Notes: generated by a model from the sequence alone, not told the origin. Shown: positions 52,043-62,646, counted from the first letter of the stretch. The stretch is DNA of 64,000 nucleotides from an uncultured Verrucomicrobiae bacterium (GCA_963765205.1 CAVXVB010000009.1:448001-512000); one strand, 5' to 3'. Numbers and translations are program-made.

Positions 52043-54532
52043 ATGGCTGCTCCCCGCCAATTTCCCCTGCGACTGGCATTGCTGCTGGCGTTAGTTCCTT
52101 TGGCGTGGTGGGGGCTGGATTATTTGAAGGTCTTTGGCCGCATCAACAATCTGGCCGAGTCCTGGATGTATCAGTTCCGCGGCGAGATTCCCGCAACGGA
52201 CAACACCAAGCCCGGCCACCCACCGTTGAAGATTATTTATGTGGATGTGGACGGCCCCACCGTCAAATTTCTCGGTGAGCGCCCTTGGTCGCGGGAATAT
52301 TACGCGAGGATCATCAACGCCTTGTTTGAATATGGGGACATCAAGGCGGTGGGGCTCGACTTTGTGCTTTCGCCCGCCGGAGTCCTGTCGGGGATGTTGG
52401 ACCAGCAAAAGGTACATAATAACGACAACCTTCTGGGCACGGCCATGGAGAAATATCCCGGTGCGATCATTGCGACTGTGTATAGTGAGGTCCCGCATTC
52501 TGCGGCTGCCGTTAAAGACCTGCCTGCGACTTCGGCGCTCAAGCAGGCGGATTTCCCCTACATTTACTTGGGGTATGTGGACCCGGCCAAGAACGGCTAT
52601 CCAGAAAGCCCGACTTTCCCCCTAATCAATCCGGATCGCATTCACACCGGGATGATTGACGTGGCAACGGATTATAATGGCGACGGCGTGGCGGATTCCG
52701 TGCCGCGCTGGGTGCCGCTGTTTGCCGAGACCATCGGCCCGGACCACACGAACAACATCGTCAGTGGCTATCTAAAGTTTACGTATCCTGATGATAAAGA
52801 CTTAAACGGTACAGATTCGCCGTCGCCCTTGCGCATGGACCAAGGCAATACGACCCTGGTGCTTGATCCGAATGGCGGGCCACCGTTCAAGATGCCCAAA
52901 ATTCAGGACGTAACCTTCTATAATCTTTCCATCAAGCTGGCGCTGGCCTATCTCGGACTGGACGAAAGGAATATCAAACGCAGTCCGAACGATCTGCAAA
53001 TTGTGGACAGTGCCGGCAAAGTGCTGGTTGACATTCCCATGCGCGAGCAACAATTGCTGGAGGTCAACTGGTTTTCCAAATGGATCAACCCTGTGCTCAA
53101 TCCACGTTACAGTTTTCTGCAAGTAATGGACCATGGCAGCAAATGGGAAACGGGCACGCCGGAACAGAAGGCCGCAGCGAAAGAATTTTTCCAGCCGTTC
53201 AAGGATGCCATCGTGCTCGTCGGCCCGGTGGATCCCATTTTGCAGGATTTGGCCCCCACGCCATTCGACGCGGAGAACCAGCCCAAGGTCGGGGTTTACG
53301 GCAATCTGCTGAAGACGATTTTCACGGGCGATTATATCCTCCGGCCACCCGGCTGGGTGCCGGTCGTGCTGCAATTCATGCTCACTTTGGTCGTGGCCGG
53401 CCTGGCGGTTTATAGCGGGCGCGGGGCGGGTCTGGCCAAGGTGGCGGCGGTGGTGGTGCTGCTGGCCTACATCCTTGGGGTGTTTGAGACGTTCGCGCAT
53501 TTTACTTTGATGCTCCCGCTAATGGTCCCCGTTGGGTCGGCGTTTAGCACGGCGTTTATCGGCGCGGTGGCGCGCTTGGAAGCCGAGGAAAAGCAAAAGA
53601 AGCGCATCAAGGGCATGTTCGCGACCTACCTGGCACCCGAAGTCGTGAATGAAATGGCCGACTCCGATCAGGAGCCGCAACTGGGCGGCCACAGTGTCTT
53701 TATCACTTGTTTCTTCAGCGACGTGCAGAGCTTCTCCGCTTTTTCCGAGGTGCTCACGCCGGCCAAGTTGGTGGACTTGATGAACGAATACCTCACGGCC
53801 ATGACCGACATACTGCAGGCCGAGCGCGGTTCGCTCGACAAGTTTATCGGCGACGCCATCGTGGCCATGTATGGCGCGCCGATTACGCTCACGGACCATG
53901 GGTTGCGTGCGAGTGTCGCCGCCTGCCGGATGCAAAAGCGGCTCGGCGAATTGCGCCAGAAATGGATTGGCGAGGGCGACAAGTGGCCCGACCGCGTCCA
54001 TAACATGCGGATGCGCATCGGCCTGAACACCGGCGACGCCACCGTGGGCAACATGGGCTCGGCCACGCGCTTCAATTACACGATGATGGGCGACACCGTG
54101 AACCTCGCCGCCCGCTGCGAGAGCGGCGCCAAGCACTTCGGCGTGTATACCATGTGTACGGAGGACACCAAGAAAAATGCGGAGGAAAAGGGCAACCAGA
54201 TTCTTTTCCGGCGCCTCAATAAAATCAAAGTCAAGGGCCGCTCCACCCCGGTCGAAGTTTACGAAATTGTCTGCTTCCGCGAGGAGGCGACGCCGGACAC
54301 GTTGCGCTGCGTCGAACTGTTTGAGCAGGCCTTGCACCTTTATTTTGCGCAAAAGTGGGACGAGGCGAAAGCGCTTTTTGCCGAGGCGCAAAAACTGGAG
54401 CCCCTCCAGCCCGGCCGCGACGCAGGCGTCGCGCACAACCCCTCCGAGCTCATGCAGGAAAAGTGCGACGAAATGAAGGCCCACCCGCCCGCGTCAAACT
54501 GGAACGGCGTCGAGGAAATGACGGAGAAGTGA
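52043..54532 (+). CDS. CHASE2-domain adenylate/guanylate cyclase
   Basis: I.YVDVD...PWSR, GLDFV, three TM helices, FFSDVQSFS, DKFIGDAI, RIGLNTG, GDTVNLAARCE, VKGR. Confidence 0.92.
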   Translation: MAAPRQFPLRLALLLALVPLAWWGLDYLKVFGRINNLAESWMYQFRGEIPATDNTKPGHPPLKIIYVDVDGPTVKFLGERPWSREYYARIINALFEYGDIKAVGLDFVLSPAGVLSGMLDQQKVHNNDNLLGTAMEKYPGAIIATVYSEVPHSAAAVKDLPATSALKQADFPYIYLGYVDPAKNGYPESPTFPLINPDRIHTGMIDVATDYNGDGVADSVPRWVPLFAETIGPDHTNNIVSGYLKFTYPDDKDLNGTDSPSPLRMDQGNTTLVLDPNGGPPFKMPKIQDVTFYNLSIKLALAYLGLDERNIKRSPNDLQIVDSAGKVLVDIPMREQQLLEVNWFSKWINPVLNPRYSFLQVMDHGSKWETGTPEQKAAAKEFFQPFKDAIVLVGPVDPILQDLAPTPFDAENQPKVGVYGNLLKTIFTGDYILRPPGWVPVVLQFMLTLVVAGLAVYSGRGAGLAKVAAVVVLLAYILGVFETFAHFTLMLPLMVPVGSAFSTAFIGAVARLEAEEKQKKRIKGMFATYLAPEVVNEMADSDQEPQLGGHSVFITCFFSDVQSFSAFSEVLTPAKLVDLMNEYLTAMTDILQAERGSLDKFIGDAIVAMYGAPITLTDHGLRASVAACRMQKRLGELRQKWIGEGDKWPDRVHNMRMRIGLNTGDATVGNMGSATRFNYTMMGDTVNLAARCESGAKHFGVYTMCTEDTKKNAEEKGNQILFRRLNKIKVKGRSTPVEVYEIVCFREEATPDTLRCVELFEQALHLYFAQKWDEAKALFAEAQKLEPLQPGRDAGVAHNPSELMQEKCDEMKAHPPASNWNGVEEMTEK

Positions 54533-54539
54533 GGGAATG

Positions 54540-54668
54540 GAAGAGGGAGAAGAGGAGACAGAAAACAGGAGACAGGTAACAACGCAGGCCAAGATATTGG
54601 TCAATTTTTCGCCTGGCGTTCTTTTAGGTTCCCGACTACTGATTCCTGGCTCCTGACTTTTGTCTCCT
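54540..54668. repeat. Inverted pair of degenerate heptamer arrays between convergent genes
   Basis: gaggaga cagaaaa caggaga cagg ... ttcctgg ctcctga cttttgt ctcct. Confidence 0.6.
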
Positions 54669-55256
54669 CACCCCCCAAACCACGGCGGCTCGTTGCCACG
54701 CTTCCATTTGATATTGCAGCCGACGCTGGCCTTTTGCGCGGTTTCGGGAACGGTGCGACCGGCGAGGGTGGCTTCGAGGGCGGCGCGCAAATCCGCGCCG
54801 GTCACGGAGCCGGGGCCGGCCGGGGCGGCTGTCATCAAAGCGCCCGCGGTAAACCAGCCGGTGGGAGGCGTCGAAGACGTAGAAATCAGGGGTGCAGGCG
54901 GCATGGTAATCGCGCGCGACGGTCTGCGTCTCATCATGCAAATACGGAAAGGTGAAGCCGAGCTTGTTCGCCACCACCGCCATTTGGCTGGGAGAATCTT
55001 CGGGATATTTTTCGGCGTCGTTGCTGCACACCGCGACGGCGGCCAGCCCGCGTGCCTGGTATTCCTTGATGAGCGCCGCCAGCGGCTCGCGGATGTGCAC
55101 GACGAAGGGGCAATGGTTGCAAATAAAAGCGATCAGCAGGGCGGGTTGGCCGGCAAAATCCGCGAGTTGGACGACGCGGCCGGACGCGGCGTCGGGCAGC
55201 GCGAAGCCGGGCGCTTCAGTGCCGAGAGGCAGCATGGTGGAATGAACGGCGACCAC
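54668..55256 (-). CDS. Thioredoxin-fold (AhpC/TSA-like) protein; 1-bp frameshift near 54812
   Basis: STMLPLG..AP.F.LPD, FICNHCPFV, AACTPDF, YRGRFDDSRP; C-terminus VTGADLRAAL...SVGCNIKWK lies in the next frame. Confidence 0.88.
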
Positions 55257-55270
55257 GGAAGGGGCGGGGT

Positions 55271-55425
55271 AGGAATTAAGAATTATGAATTAAGAAGGCA
55301 GACACAAGCAAAAGTATTCTTTGGGCGGTCAAGCTAAGAGTCTGCGTCCTTTATCGGCGGTGCCCGCTGGACTTAAGCACCCCAGCCTTGGCTGGTTTTG
55401 CTTCTTAATTCATAAATCTTAATTT
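55271..55425. repeat. Inverted pair of degenerate heptamer arrays
   Basis: aggaatt aagaatt atgaatt aagaa ... ttctt aattcat aaatctt aatt. Confidence 0.7.
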
Positions 55426-57479
55426 TTCTTAGCTGGATGGAAATACGCATTCAAAATGGCGCGGGCGACCGGGCCGGCGATTTGGCCGCCGTAGTAGTCT
55501 TCGCCGGGGACGGCACTTTCAATGGCCACCGCGACGGCGATTTGGGGATTTTCGATGGGGGCAAAGCAGACGAACCAGGCCACCGTCGTGTTTTTGTGGG
55601 GCCCCCATTGGGCGGTGCCGGTTTTGCCCGCGATCCGCAAGCCCTGGATTTGGGCGGGGTAGCCTGTGCCACCTGGGCCGACTACGGCTTCCATGCCGGT
55701 GAGAAGCAATTGTCGTTCTTCCGGCGTCAGCCCGAGCGGCTCGCCACCGTGTTGAATCGTCGCCGGGTCGAGGTTTGGATTATGGATGAGCGTCGGCTGG
55801 GTGCGGGTTTCGTCGCGCGCGATGGAAGCGACCATGCAGGCCATTTGCAGCGGGGTCACTTCCACATAACCTTGGCCAACCGCCAGATTGGCGGTATCGT
55901 CGTCCGACCATTTGCCAAAGCTGTCGGCGGAGTCGTGACGATTGGCCATTTTCCAAGCGGGATCAGGGATGATGCCGGCGTGTTCGCCCAGGCCGATGCC
56001 AGTGGGCTGGCCCAAGCCCATCCGGCGGGCCTCCTGCGTAATCAACGGCTGTTTAAGAATATTCACACCCACTTGGAAGAAAAAGACATCGTTGCTGATC
56101 TGCAGCGCCTTCACCAAGCCGATATTGCCTTGATCCGTTCGGCTGTCATCGTTGAAAATATGTTGGCTTGGGGGAAAGGTGATGGACGCGGGGCAATCAA
56201 GAAACATGGTGCCATTCAATACGCCGGCACGCAGGCCCGCAATGGTGTCAATCAGCTTGAAAGTCGAGCCGGCGGGATACAGGCCCTGCGTGGCGCGGTT
56301 GAGTGAATTGGTGGAATGCGGGTCAGCTTTACCGTCCACTATGCCGTTAAGTTTGTCGGCAAATTCCTGCGACATGCTCGGCACGGTCTCATTCAGATCA
56401 AAGGTCGGGCTGACGGCCATGACGAGCACTTCGCCTGTGCGCACATCCAAAGCGACGGCGGAGCCGATCAACGGGCCTGCGGCGGCGGGCGGGGGCGGAT
56501 GCGCTAGAGCGTTTTCCGCCGTGCGTTGCAGATTCAAGTCGAGGCTGCATTGGAGGTCGGCGCCCTTGCCAGGTGTCTTGACCGCGATGCGCTCCTGCAT
56601 TTTCGCGGAGGGGTCCACGACCCAGATTTCGCCGCCGGTTTCGCCGCGCAGTTGTTGGTCGTAGGCATATTCCAGGCCGATGCGGCCGTGCCAACTGGGC
56701 AGCGTGAAGGTGATGTGTTGGGGCAGCCGGTCTTGCGGCTGGATGCGCAGATATTGCCGCCAAAGATCGGCGAAGCTGCTGGTGTCGCCCTCCGCCTCCG
56801 CCGTACGCGACACGTATCCCAGCGCGTTAAAGGCGAGCGAGCCGTTGGGGTAGGCGCGCTGGGCCTGCACTTGGGTTTGCATCGGATTGGGCCGCTGGAT
56901 ACCCTTGCTGTCGGGAATGTCCACGGCGGTTTGGGCGTTGAAGCGGGCATATTCTTGCGGGGTGAGATGGTCAATGAGCGTGACGGGCAGAAGCGGATTG
57001 TCGTCCGCCTCGCGGTCAAAGGTGACGCGATCCAGCGTGTCGTTGCGGCCCAGGATGAGATTCGCCTGGCGCAGATACCATTGGGCGACGATAAAGCGCG
57101 CATCCCGATACAGAGTGGCGCTGTTTGGGGTGGGCCGGGCGTCCGCAGAGTCGTAGGCGAGCTGGGCGGTTTGGTTTTTGAGGGCGTAGAACTCTTGGTC
57201 GAACTCATCGCGCAATTCATTGGTGTAGAGGACGACGGAGTAGCGCGCTTCGTTGTCCACGAGCACATTGCCGTGGCGGTCGAGGATACGCCCGCGGGGG
57301 CCGGGTTCGAGCACGCAGCGGAGCATTTGCGCGCTTTCCATGCTGTCATAGTAGGGTTTGAGGAAAACCTGCCGCCAGGCCAGGCCGCCGATGAGCACGG
57401 CCAGCAACAAAGCCAGCAGAACAGTCAGTGAAAACAGCCGCGGATTGTTCCGCTGGTAAACGGCCAGTTGCGGGTTCAG
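55419..57479 (-). CDS. mrdA: Penicillin-binding protein 2 (class B transpeptidase)
   Basis: TM anchor, RGRILDR, GSTFK (SxxK), SND, KTGT; follows mreD; start codon uncertain (CTG proposed). Confidence 0.9.
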   Translation of the reverse strand: MNPQLAVYQRNNPRLFSLTVLLALLLAVLIGGLAWRQVFLKPYYDSMESAQMLRCVLEPGPRGRILDRHGNVLVDNEARYSVVLYTNELRDEFDQEFYALKNQTAQLAYDSADARPTPNSATLYRDARFIVAQWYLRQANLILGRNDTLDRVTFDREADDNPLLPVTLIDHLTPQEYARFNAQTAVDIPDSKGIQRPNPMQTQVQAQRAYPNGSLAFNALGYVSRTAEAEGDTSSFADLWRQYLRIQPQDRLPQHITFTLPSWHGRIGLEYAYDQQLRGETGGEIWVVDPSAKMQERIAVKTPGKGADLQCSLDLNLQRTAENALAHPPPPAAAGPLIGSAVALDVRTGEVLVMAVSPTFDLNETVPSMSQEFADKLNGIVDGKADPHSTNSLNRATQGLYPAGSTFKLIDTIAGLRAGVLNGTMFLDCPASITFPPSQHIFNDDSRTDQGNIGLVKALQISNDVFFFQVGVNILKQPLITQEARRMGLGQPTGIGLGEHAGIIPDPAWKMANRHDSADSFGKWSDDDTANLAVGQGYVEVTPLQMACMVASIARDETRTQPTLIHNPNLDPATIQHGGEPLGLTPEERQLLLTGMEAVVGPGGTGYPAQIQGLRIAGKTGTAQWGPHKNTTVAWFVCFAPIENPQIAVAVAIESAVPGEDYYGGQIAGPVARAILNAYFHPAKKN

Positions 57480-58012
57480 CAGGTTTCCTCGGCGCGCGGG
57501 GACGTTGCTGTCGAGCCCGCGAACGCGAGGGCGCTGACCTGGAAATCGAAAAACCATAGGGCAACAGGAAAAACGACGATTTGAGATAGGATAAAGTCCA
57601 CCGTCAGGCGTTCGAAAAACGCCGCGCCAAGGAGGGGGTTGTGCATGGCGGCCCACCCCGTGAAGGCGAGAAAATACGCCGCATTGATCAGCCAGGCGAG
57701 TCCGATTTGCTGCGTTCGCCGCACGCGGCCCAAGCGCGGGCGCACGGCCAGGATAAACATCGCGCCGGCCACAAACAAGCTCATGAGAAAGCCCGGGGGC
57801 GTGGGTAACGCCGCATCGCCGGCCAATCCGCTCACCGCCAGGCAGAGTAGCAGCCAGCCCGGACTCAGTCGCAACGCGGGCCACACGACGCATGGCCCGA
57901 GGAAAAACACGGACACACTCCAACCGGCCAGACCGTCATTGACCATGGCCGCCAGCGCGAGCAACAGGATATTGGCCGCGGCCAACACATACCAGTAGCG
58001 GTCGAGGTTCAT
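57476..58012 (-). CDS. mreD: Rod shape-determining protein MreD-like
   Basis: 178 aa, about five TM helices, located between mreC and mrdA; assigned mainly by synteny. Confidence 0.7.
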   Translation of the reverse strand: MNLDRYWYVLAAANILLLALAAMVNDGLAGWSVSVFFLGPCVVWPALRLSPGWLLLCLAVSGLAGDAALPTPPGFLMSLFVAGAMFILAVRPRLGRVRRTQQIGLAWLINAAYFLAFTGWAAMHNPLLGAAFFERLTVDFILSQIVVFPVALWFFDFQVSALAFAGSTATSPRAEETC

Positions 58013-58923
58013 GGTTGGGGAGCCGGCGGGAGGGGAGTGGAGGAGGGCGATTTGGCGGTGGGTGCGAGTGGCGGGGAGGCTGCGTCCGGTGCATCAGGCA
58101 CCAGCACGGCCACTTCATGCAAGTCCGCCAGCCGTGGGTCGAGTTTAACGAGACCCGTTTGAAAAAGTCCATCAGCGCCCGGCGTAAAACGATCCACTTC
58201 GCCCAGGGGCAGGCCGGACGGGAACACGCCGCCCAGATTGGAGGTCACCAGCAACATGGTCCCGCCGCCAGCCAGATTGAGCGTGGGCGACACATTGCGC
58301 ACTTCGCCGCGCACTTCGCCCGTGGGTGTTTGAAAGGGCGCGGTCGTCACTCCCTGGAAAATCACCGGGTTCGGGTCGCCGCCGAGATTCGCGTCCACGC
58401 GAAATGTCGGGCTGCTGGCCAGTTCGACTGTGGCAGTGAAATCGTCCACCCGCGCGATGCGCCCCACCACGCCGCCGGTGAAGACCACACCCTGGCCTTC
58501 CGCGAGGCCCGCGCGCCGGCCTTGGCGAATGACAATTTCCTGCCACCAAGCTGTCTCGTTGCGGCGGATGACTCGCGCAAAGACGTAGCGGAAGCCGGGT
58601 TCGGGCGGCATTTGCAGAAGGGCAGCGAGGCGGTCATTGTCGTCGCGCAAGGCGGCGTCCTGCTGCACCTGCAAACCGGCGGCGTTGGCCTGGCGGGTGG
58701 CATCGCGGCCGGCTTCGATCAATTCGTTTTGACTGTGATTACGCAGGCCCCAGTAATCCTGCACGTCCTTGAGGCGCGCATAAGCCAACTCCCCCGGCGC
58801 TTCAAAGAGCGAAAAACTGGCGCGGGAGAAGTTGCGCGCGGCCACCGGCGCCAGCCACCAGGCGGCGAGAAACAACGCCAGGATGAGCAAAGGGCGAAAG
58901 CGGCTGGCGCGCGGTGTGACCAA
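58009..58923 (-). CDS. mreC: Rod shape-determining protein MreC
   Basis: TM, coiled coil, ARVI.R, GVVGRI, LVTSNLGGVFPSGLPLG; start approximate (TTG). Confidence 0.88.
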   Translation of the reverse strand: MVTPRASRFRPLLILALFLAAWWLAPVAARNFSRASFSLFEAPGELAYARLKDVQDYWGLRNHSQNELIEAGRDATRQANAAGLQVQQDAALRDDNDRLAALLQMPPEPGFRYVFARVIRRNETAWWQEIVIRQGRRAGLAEGQGVVFTGGVVGRIARVDDFTATVELASSPTFRVDANLGGDPNPVIFQGVTTAPFQTPTGEVRGEVRNVSPTLNLAGGGTMLLVTSNLGGVFPSGLPLGEVDRFTPGADGLFQTGLVKLDPRLADLHEVAVLVPDAPDAASPPLAPTAKSPSSTPLPPAPQP

Positions 58924-58966
58924 GGCGGGACGGATCCACAAAATGTTAAGGCGGAAATGCCGCCGT

Positions 58967-60004
58967 TCAGTCCATGAAATTCTTTGACTCGGCCAGCCAT
59001 TCGTCAAGATCCTGCAGCACAATGCCGGTGCCGTTGGCGACCGCGCTCAGCGGGTCGTCGGACAGGATGACGGGCAGGCCGGTGGCTTCGCTGAGGAGGC
59101 GGTCGAGGTTGCGCACGAGCGAGCCGCCGCCCGCCATCACGATGCCGCGGTCCACCAGGTCCGCCGACAATTCCGGCGGGCAGCGTTCGAGCGCGGCGCG
59201 GACGACTTCGACAATCGAGTTAAAGGTGTCGTTGAGGCACTCGCGGATTTCCTGCGAGGTGATGAGCAGCGTCTTGGGCAGGCCGGCCACGGAGTCGCGC
59301 CCACGCACTTCCATGGTCAGTTCCTGGTCGAGGGGATAGGCGGAGCCGACAGTGATTTTGATTTCCTCCGCGGTGCGCTCGCCAATCATCAGGTTATAGG
59401 CGCGCTTCATGTAATTGATGATGGCGTTGTCCATTTCATCGCCGGCCACGCGCAGGCTTTTCGAGTAAACGACGTTGCGCAGGGAAATGATGGCGACTTC
59501 CGTCGTGCCGCCGCCGATGTCCACGATCATGTTGGCGGCCGGCTCGTCAATGGGCAGGCCCACCCCGATGGCGGCGGCCAGCGGCTCCGTCACGGTCAGC
59601 ACTTCGCGCGCGCCGGCATTGAGCACCGAGTCGCGCACCGCGCGGCGCTCGACTTCGGTGATGCCCGAGGGAATCGCCACGACCACGCGCGGGCTGGACC
59701 AGGCGGACTTGATGACTTTCTTGATGAAGTGGCGCAGCATCTCCTGCGTCACGTCAAAGTCGGCGATGACGCCGTCCTTCATTGGGCGCAGGGCGGTGAT
59801 GGCGACGGGCGTGCGGCCGAGCATGCGCTTCGCCTCCGTGCCGACGGCGAGAACCTTTTTCGAATTCGTGTAAATGGCCACCACACTCGGCTCGCGCACC
59901 ACAATGCCCTTGTCCTTCACATAGACGAGGGTGTTGGCGGTGCCGAGGTCAATGCCGATGTCGGCGGAGAAATACGAAAAGTATTTGGCGAGAAAGCCGA
60001 TCAT
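58967..60004 (-). CDS. mreB: Rod shape-determining protein MreB
   Basis: DIGIDLGTANTLV, EPSVVA, RPMKDGVIADF, VDIGGGTTEVA, GERTAE. Confidence 0.97.
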   Translation of the reverse strand: MIGFLAKYFSYFSADIGIDLGTANTLVYVKDKGIVVREPSVVAIYTNSKKVLAVGTEAKRMLGRTPVAITALRPMKDGVIADFDVTQEMLRHFIKKVIKSAWSSPRVVVAIPSGITEVERRAVRDSVLNAGAREVLTVTEPLAAAIGVGLPIDEPAANMIVDIGGGTTEVAIISLRNVVYSKSLRVAGDEMDNAIINYMKRAYNLMIGERTAEEIKITVGSAYPLDQELTMEVRGRDSVAGLPKTLLITSQEIRECLNDTFNSIVEVVRAALERCPPELSADLVDRGIVMAGGGSLVRNLDRLLSEATGLPVILSDDPLSAVANGTGIVLQDLDEWLAESKNFMD

Positions 60005-60111
60005 AAGCGTGGGCGGAGTGCGGAGTGAAGATGCCGAAAAAGGCATTTTTTGGAAATCAGTCCCTCCTGTCAAACGTAAATCACGCTTGGGTAAGGTCTT
60101 GCGGCAGGCTG

Positions 60112-60837
60112 CTAAACGGCCACGGCCCGCGCCAGCCAGGCCTGCCAACTCGCATAAACGCCGCCTTTGGTGGCGAATTTTTGGTCATAGGCCCGCAGGG
60201 CCGCGCGCAGTTTCCCGGCGCCGGCCACGCGACGCGGCGCGAGGCCCCCGGCATGGATGGTGCGCAACAGCGCGAGCGCGTCTAGATAAATTTCCCGGCG
60301 TTCCCAAAGGGCCTCACGTTCGATGGCGAAACCGGTGCGATGCAGTATCACGCGCCATTCCTCCAGCGAATGCCAGCGCAGCGGCGTCGCGCCGGGCAAA
60401 ACCGACTGCAATTCGTGCAGGGTGCCCGCCAACAGCACGGCGATGGCCATGCGCCCACCCGGCGGCAAGATTTTCCGCCAGCCGCGCAGAACCGCTTCGG
60501 GTTCCTCCAGCCATTGCAAAAGATTGCAGGAAAAAACCCAATCGGCGGAATCCAGGCCAGCCGGTTGACGCGCATCCAACTTGGCCCAACGGGCGGCGGG
60601 GCAGCGCACGCGGCCCAGTTCGAACATGCACGGTGCGGCGTCGGTGGCGAGGTAGGTTCCCGGCCACGGTTGCATTTCCCGAGTAAACAAGCCCGTGCCC
60701 GCACCGAATTCTACCGCGCGGCCCTGGCGTTCACTGGGCGCAATCCAGCCCGCCAACTCCGCCGCCAGCGCCGCTTGCGGGGCGCTGTGGGCGTCGTAGC
60801 CGGACACCGAGCGGTCGAAATTTTGGATGACATCCAT
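60112..60837 (-). CDS. bioC: Malonyl-ACP O-methyltransferase
   Basis: NFDRS...YD....Q, EFGAGTG SAM motif, LQW, GTLHEL; in bio operon. Confidence 0.8.
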   Translation of the reverse strand: MDVIQNFDRSVSGYDAHSAPQAALAAELAGWIAPSERQGRAVEFGAGTGLFTREMQPWPGTYLATDAAPCMFELGRVRCPAARWAKLDARQPAGLDSADWVFSCNLLQWLEEPEAVLRGWRKILPPGGRMAIAVLLAGTLHELQSVLPGATPLRWHSLEEWRVILHRTGFAIEREALWERREIYLDALALLRTIHAGGLAPRRVAGAGKLRAALRAYDQKFATKGGVYASWQAWLARAVAV

Positions 60838-61460
60838 TAGACGGAAGATTGAGAAAACATTTCACGGGCGGCGCGCAGCAAACGGCCGGGCGCGTGACCG
60901 GCGCCGGCCACGACGCGCAGGGCCGGCCACAATTTTTTCAACATGGCAGCATCGGTCAAGGAATCGTCGGTGCCCGCCACGCCCTGCCAATGCGACGGCG
61001 GTGGGGCGGGCGCGCGCAGGGTTTCCAGCCAGCCGAGTTCCTCGTCGAGCGTGGTGATTTCTTCCGCGGTAAACTTGTCGGGTGGCGGAATCGAATCAGC
61101 CAAGCCCGTGCGCCGGAAAAAATCCACCACCGCGGCCGGGGCATCCTGGCGCAAACGCCGGCGTTGCAGACTTAACTGCGCGAGCGCCATGCGTCCGCCG
61201 CAACCTTGCTCGGATGAAAAGGCAAAAATTGGCGCGAGCAAAACCACTGGGGTTTTTTCCGGAATTTTCGTCGCCCGACTGAGCAGCCAAAGCGCGCCTA
61301 AGGAGTATCCGCCAAGGGCGTCATATTCATTTTTCGCCAGCGCGGTGGCGGCGTCCGTTGGGGTCACGGCAGCGTGTTCCGCTTCCGGCCAACCGGCGCG
61401 CGCCCGCGCGGCCAGCCAGTCTGGCGGGACGGCCCAACCGGATATCCACAAAATTTTCAT
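60837..61460 (-). CDS. Alpha/beta hydrolase, putative pimeloyl-ACP methyl ester esterase
   Basis: ISGWA, GYSLG nucleophile elbow, G..D, AGHAP; lies between bioF and bioC. Confidence 0.7.
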   Translation of the reverse strand: MKILWISGWAVPPDWLAARARAGWPEAEHAAVTPTDAATALAKNEYDALGGYSLGALWLLSRATKIPEKTPVVLLAPIFAFSSEQGCGGRMALAQLSLQRRRLRQDAPAAVVDFFRRTGLADSIPPPDKFTAEEITTLDEELGWLETLRAPAPPPSHWQGVAGTDDSLTDAAMLKKLWPALRVVAGAGHAPGRLLRAAREMFSQSSV

Positions 61461-62644
61461 GGTTGGGTGGTGCGGGCGGCACGCCAGGCGTCCATTTCAT
61501 TGAGCAAGGCTTCCAAGTCTTCCCAACGCGTGTTAGCTTTGAGCGACAGGCGCAGGCGCGCCGCGCCAACGGGCACAGTGGGCGGGCGGATGGCGCCGAT
61601 GGCGATGCCGCGTTCGCGCAAATGCGCGCCAAGCGCGACGGTTTCGTGGTCGTCGCCAATCAGCACCGGCACAATCGCGGAGTCGCCCGGCGGCGTGTCC
61701 CACCCGCGCGCACACAGGTGCTCGCGCAGCCTCTGCGATTGCGCACGCCATTGGGTTGATTGGGGCACAAGTGCGCGAACCCGCCCAATCGCAGCGGTGG
61801 CGGCAGCCGCGAGCAGCGGGGAGAGGTAGGTGGAATAAATGAATTCCCCGGCGCGGTTCACAAGGGCTGCACGCAAGGCAGGCTCATGGAAAAGCGAATA
61901 CGCGCCCTGCGCGCCGAGCGTTTTCCCAAGCGTGCCGATAAAAACATCCACTTCGCCGGTGACGCCCGCCTCGGCGGCGCGGCCCTGGCCCTGCGGGCCG
62001 AACCAGCCGAGCGCGTGGGCTTCGTCGAGCATCCAGATGAATCCGTGCCGGCGTTTCATTTCCGCCAGACGCGCCAGGTCGGGGCTGTCGCCATCCATGC
62101 TGAAGACGCTTTCGGTGACGACCCAGCGCGCCGCGCCAGGCCGCGGGTTTTCGCGCAAAAGAATTTCCAATGCATCAAGATCATTATGCGGGAAACGGAT
62201 GAATTTCGCGCCCGATTGCAGGAGTCCGGCGATGAGGCTGTGATGCACCAGCCGGTCGGCAAGAATCAAATCGCCCCGCGTCGCGAGCGTGCCGAGCACG
62301 GCCTGGTTCGCGGCATAGCCGCTATTCCAGACGAGGCCGCAGGGGAATCCGTGCCACGCGCACATGGTTTTTTCAAGGATGACGTGGGCGTCTTGGTAAC
62401 CGCGCACGAGGGGAGAGGAAGCGGCTGACACCGGTCCGTCCTCGAGCGCCGCGCGCACGGCATTTTTTACGGCGTCATCATTCGCCAGATTGAGATAATC
62501 ATTGTCGGCCAGATTGACCCGCACCATCGCGGCCACGCGCAATTCGCGCCGGCGGCCCTGCGCGGCGCGTTCGTTCAAGTCCGCGCGGAGGCGGGCTTGC
62601 AGAAGCGCGGGGGAGTTAGAGGAAGTATGGGAATTAGGGGACAT
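61457..62644 (-). CDS. bioF: 8-amino-7-oxononanoate synthase
   Basis: NDYLNL, SGYAAN, ESVFSMDGD, DEAHA, TLGK, FIYST, IRPPTVP. Confidence 0.93.
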   Translation of the reverse strand: MSPNSHTSSNSPALLQARLRADLNERAAQGRRRELRVAAMVRVNLADNDYLNLANDDAVKNAVRAALEDGPVSAASSPLVRGYQDAHVILEKTMCAWHGFPCGLVWNSGYAANQAVLGTLATRGDLILADRLVHHSLIAGLLQSGAKFIRFPHNDLDALEILLRENPRPGAARWVVTESVFSMDGDSPDLARLAEMKRRHGFIWMLDEAHALGWFGPQGQGRAAEAGVTGEVDVFIGTLGKTLGAQGAYSLFHEPALRAALVNRAGEFIYSTYLSPLLAAAATAAIGRVRALVPQSTQWRAQSQRLREHLCARGWDTPPGDSAIVPVLIGDDHETVALGAHLRERGIAIGAIRPPTVPVGAARLRLSLKANTRWEDLEALLNEMDAWRAARTTQP

Positions 62645-62646
62645 GG

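Noticed and set aside
57480..57923. N-terminal extension of the PBP2 ORF
   Set aside because: Overlaps mreD in another frame and has no protein-like features.
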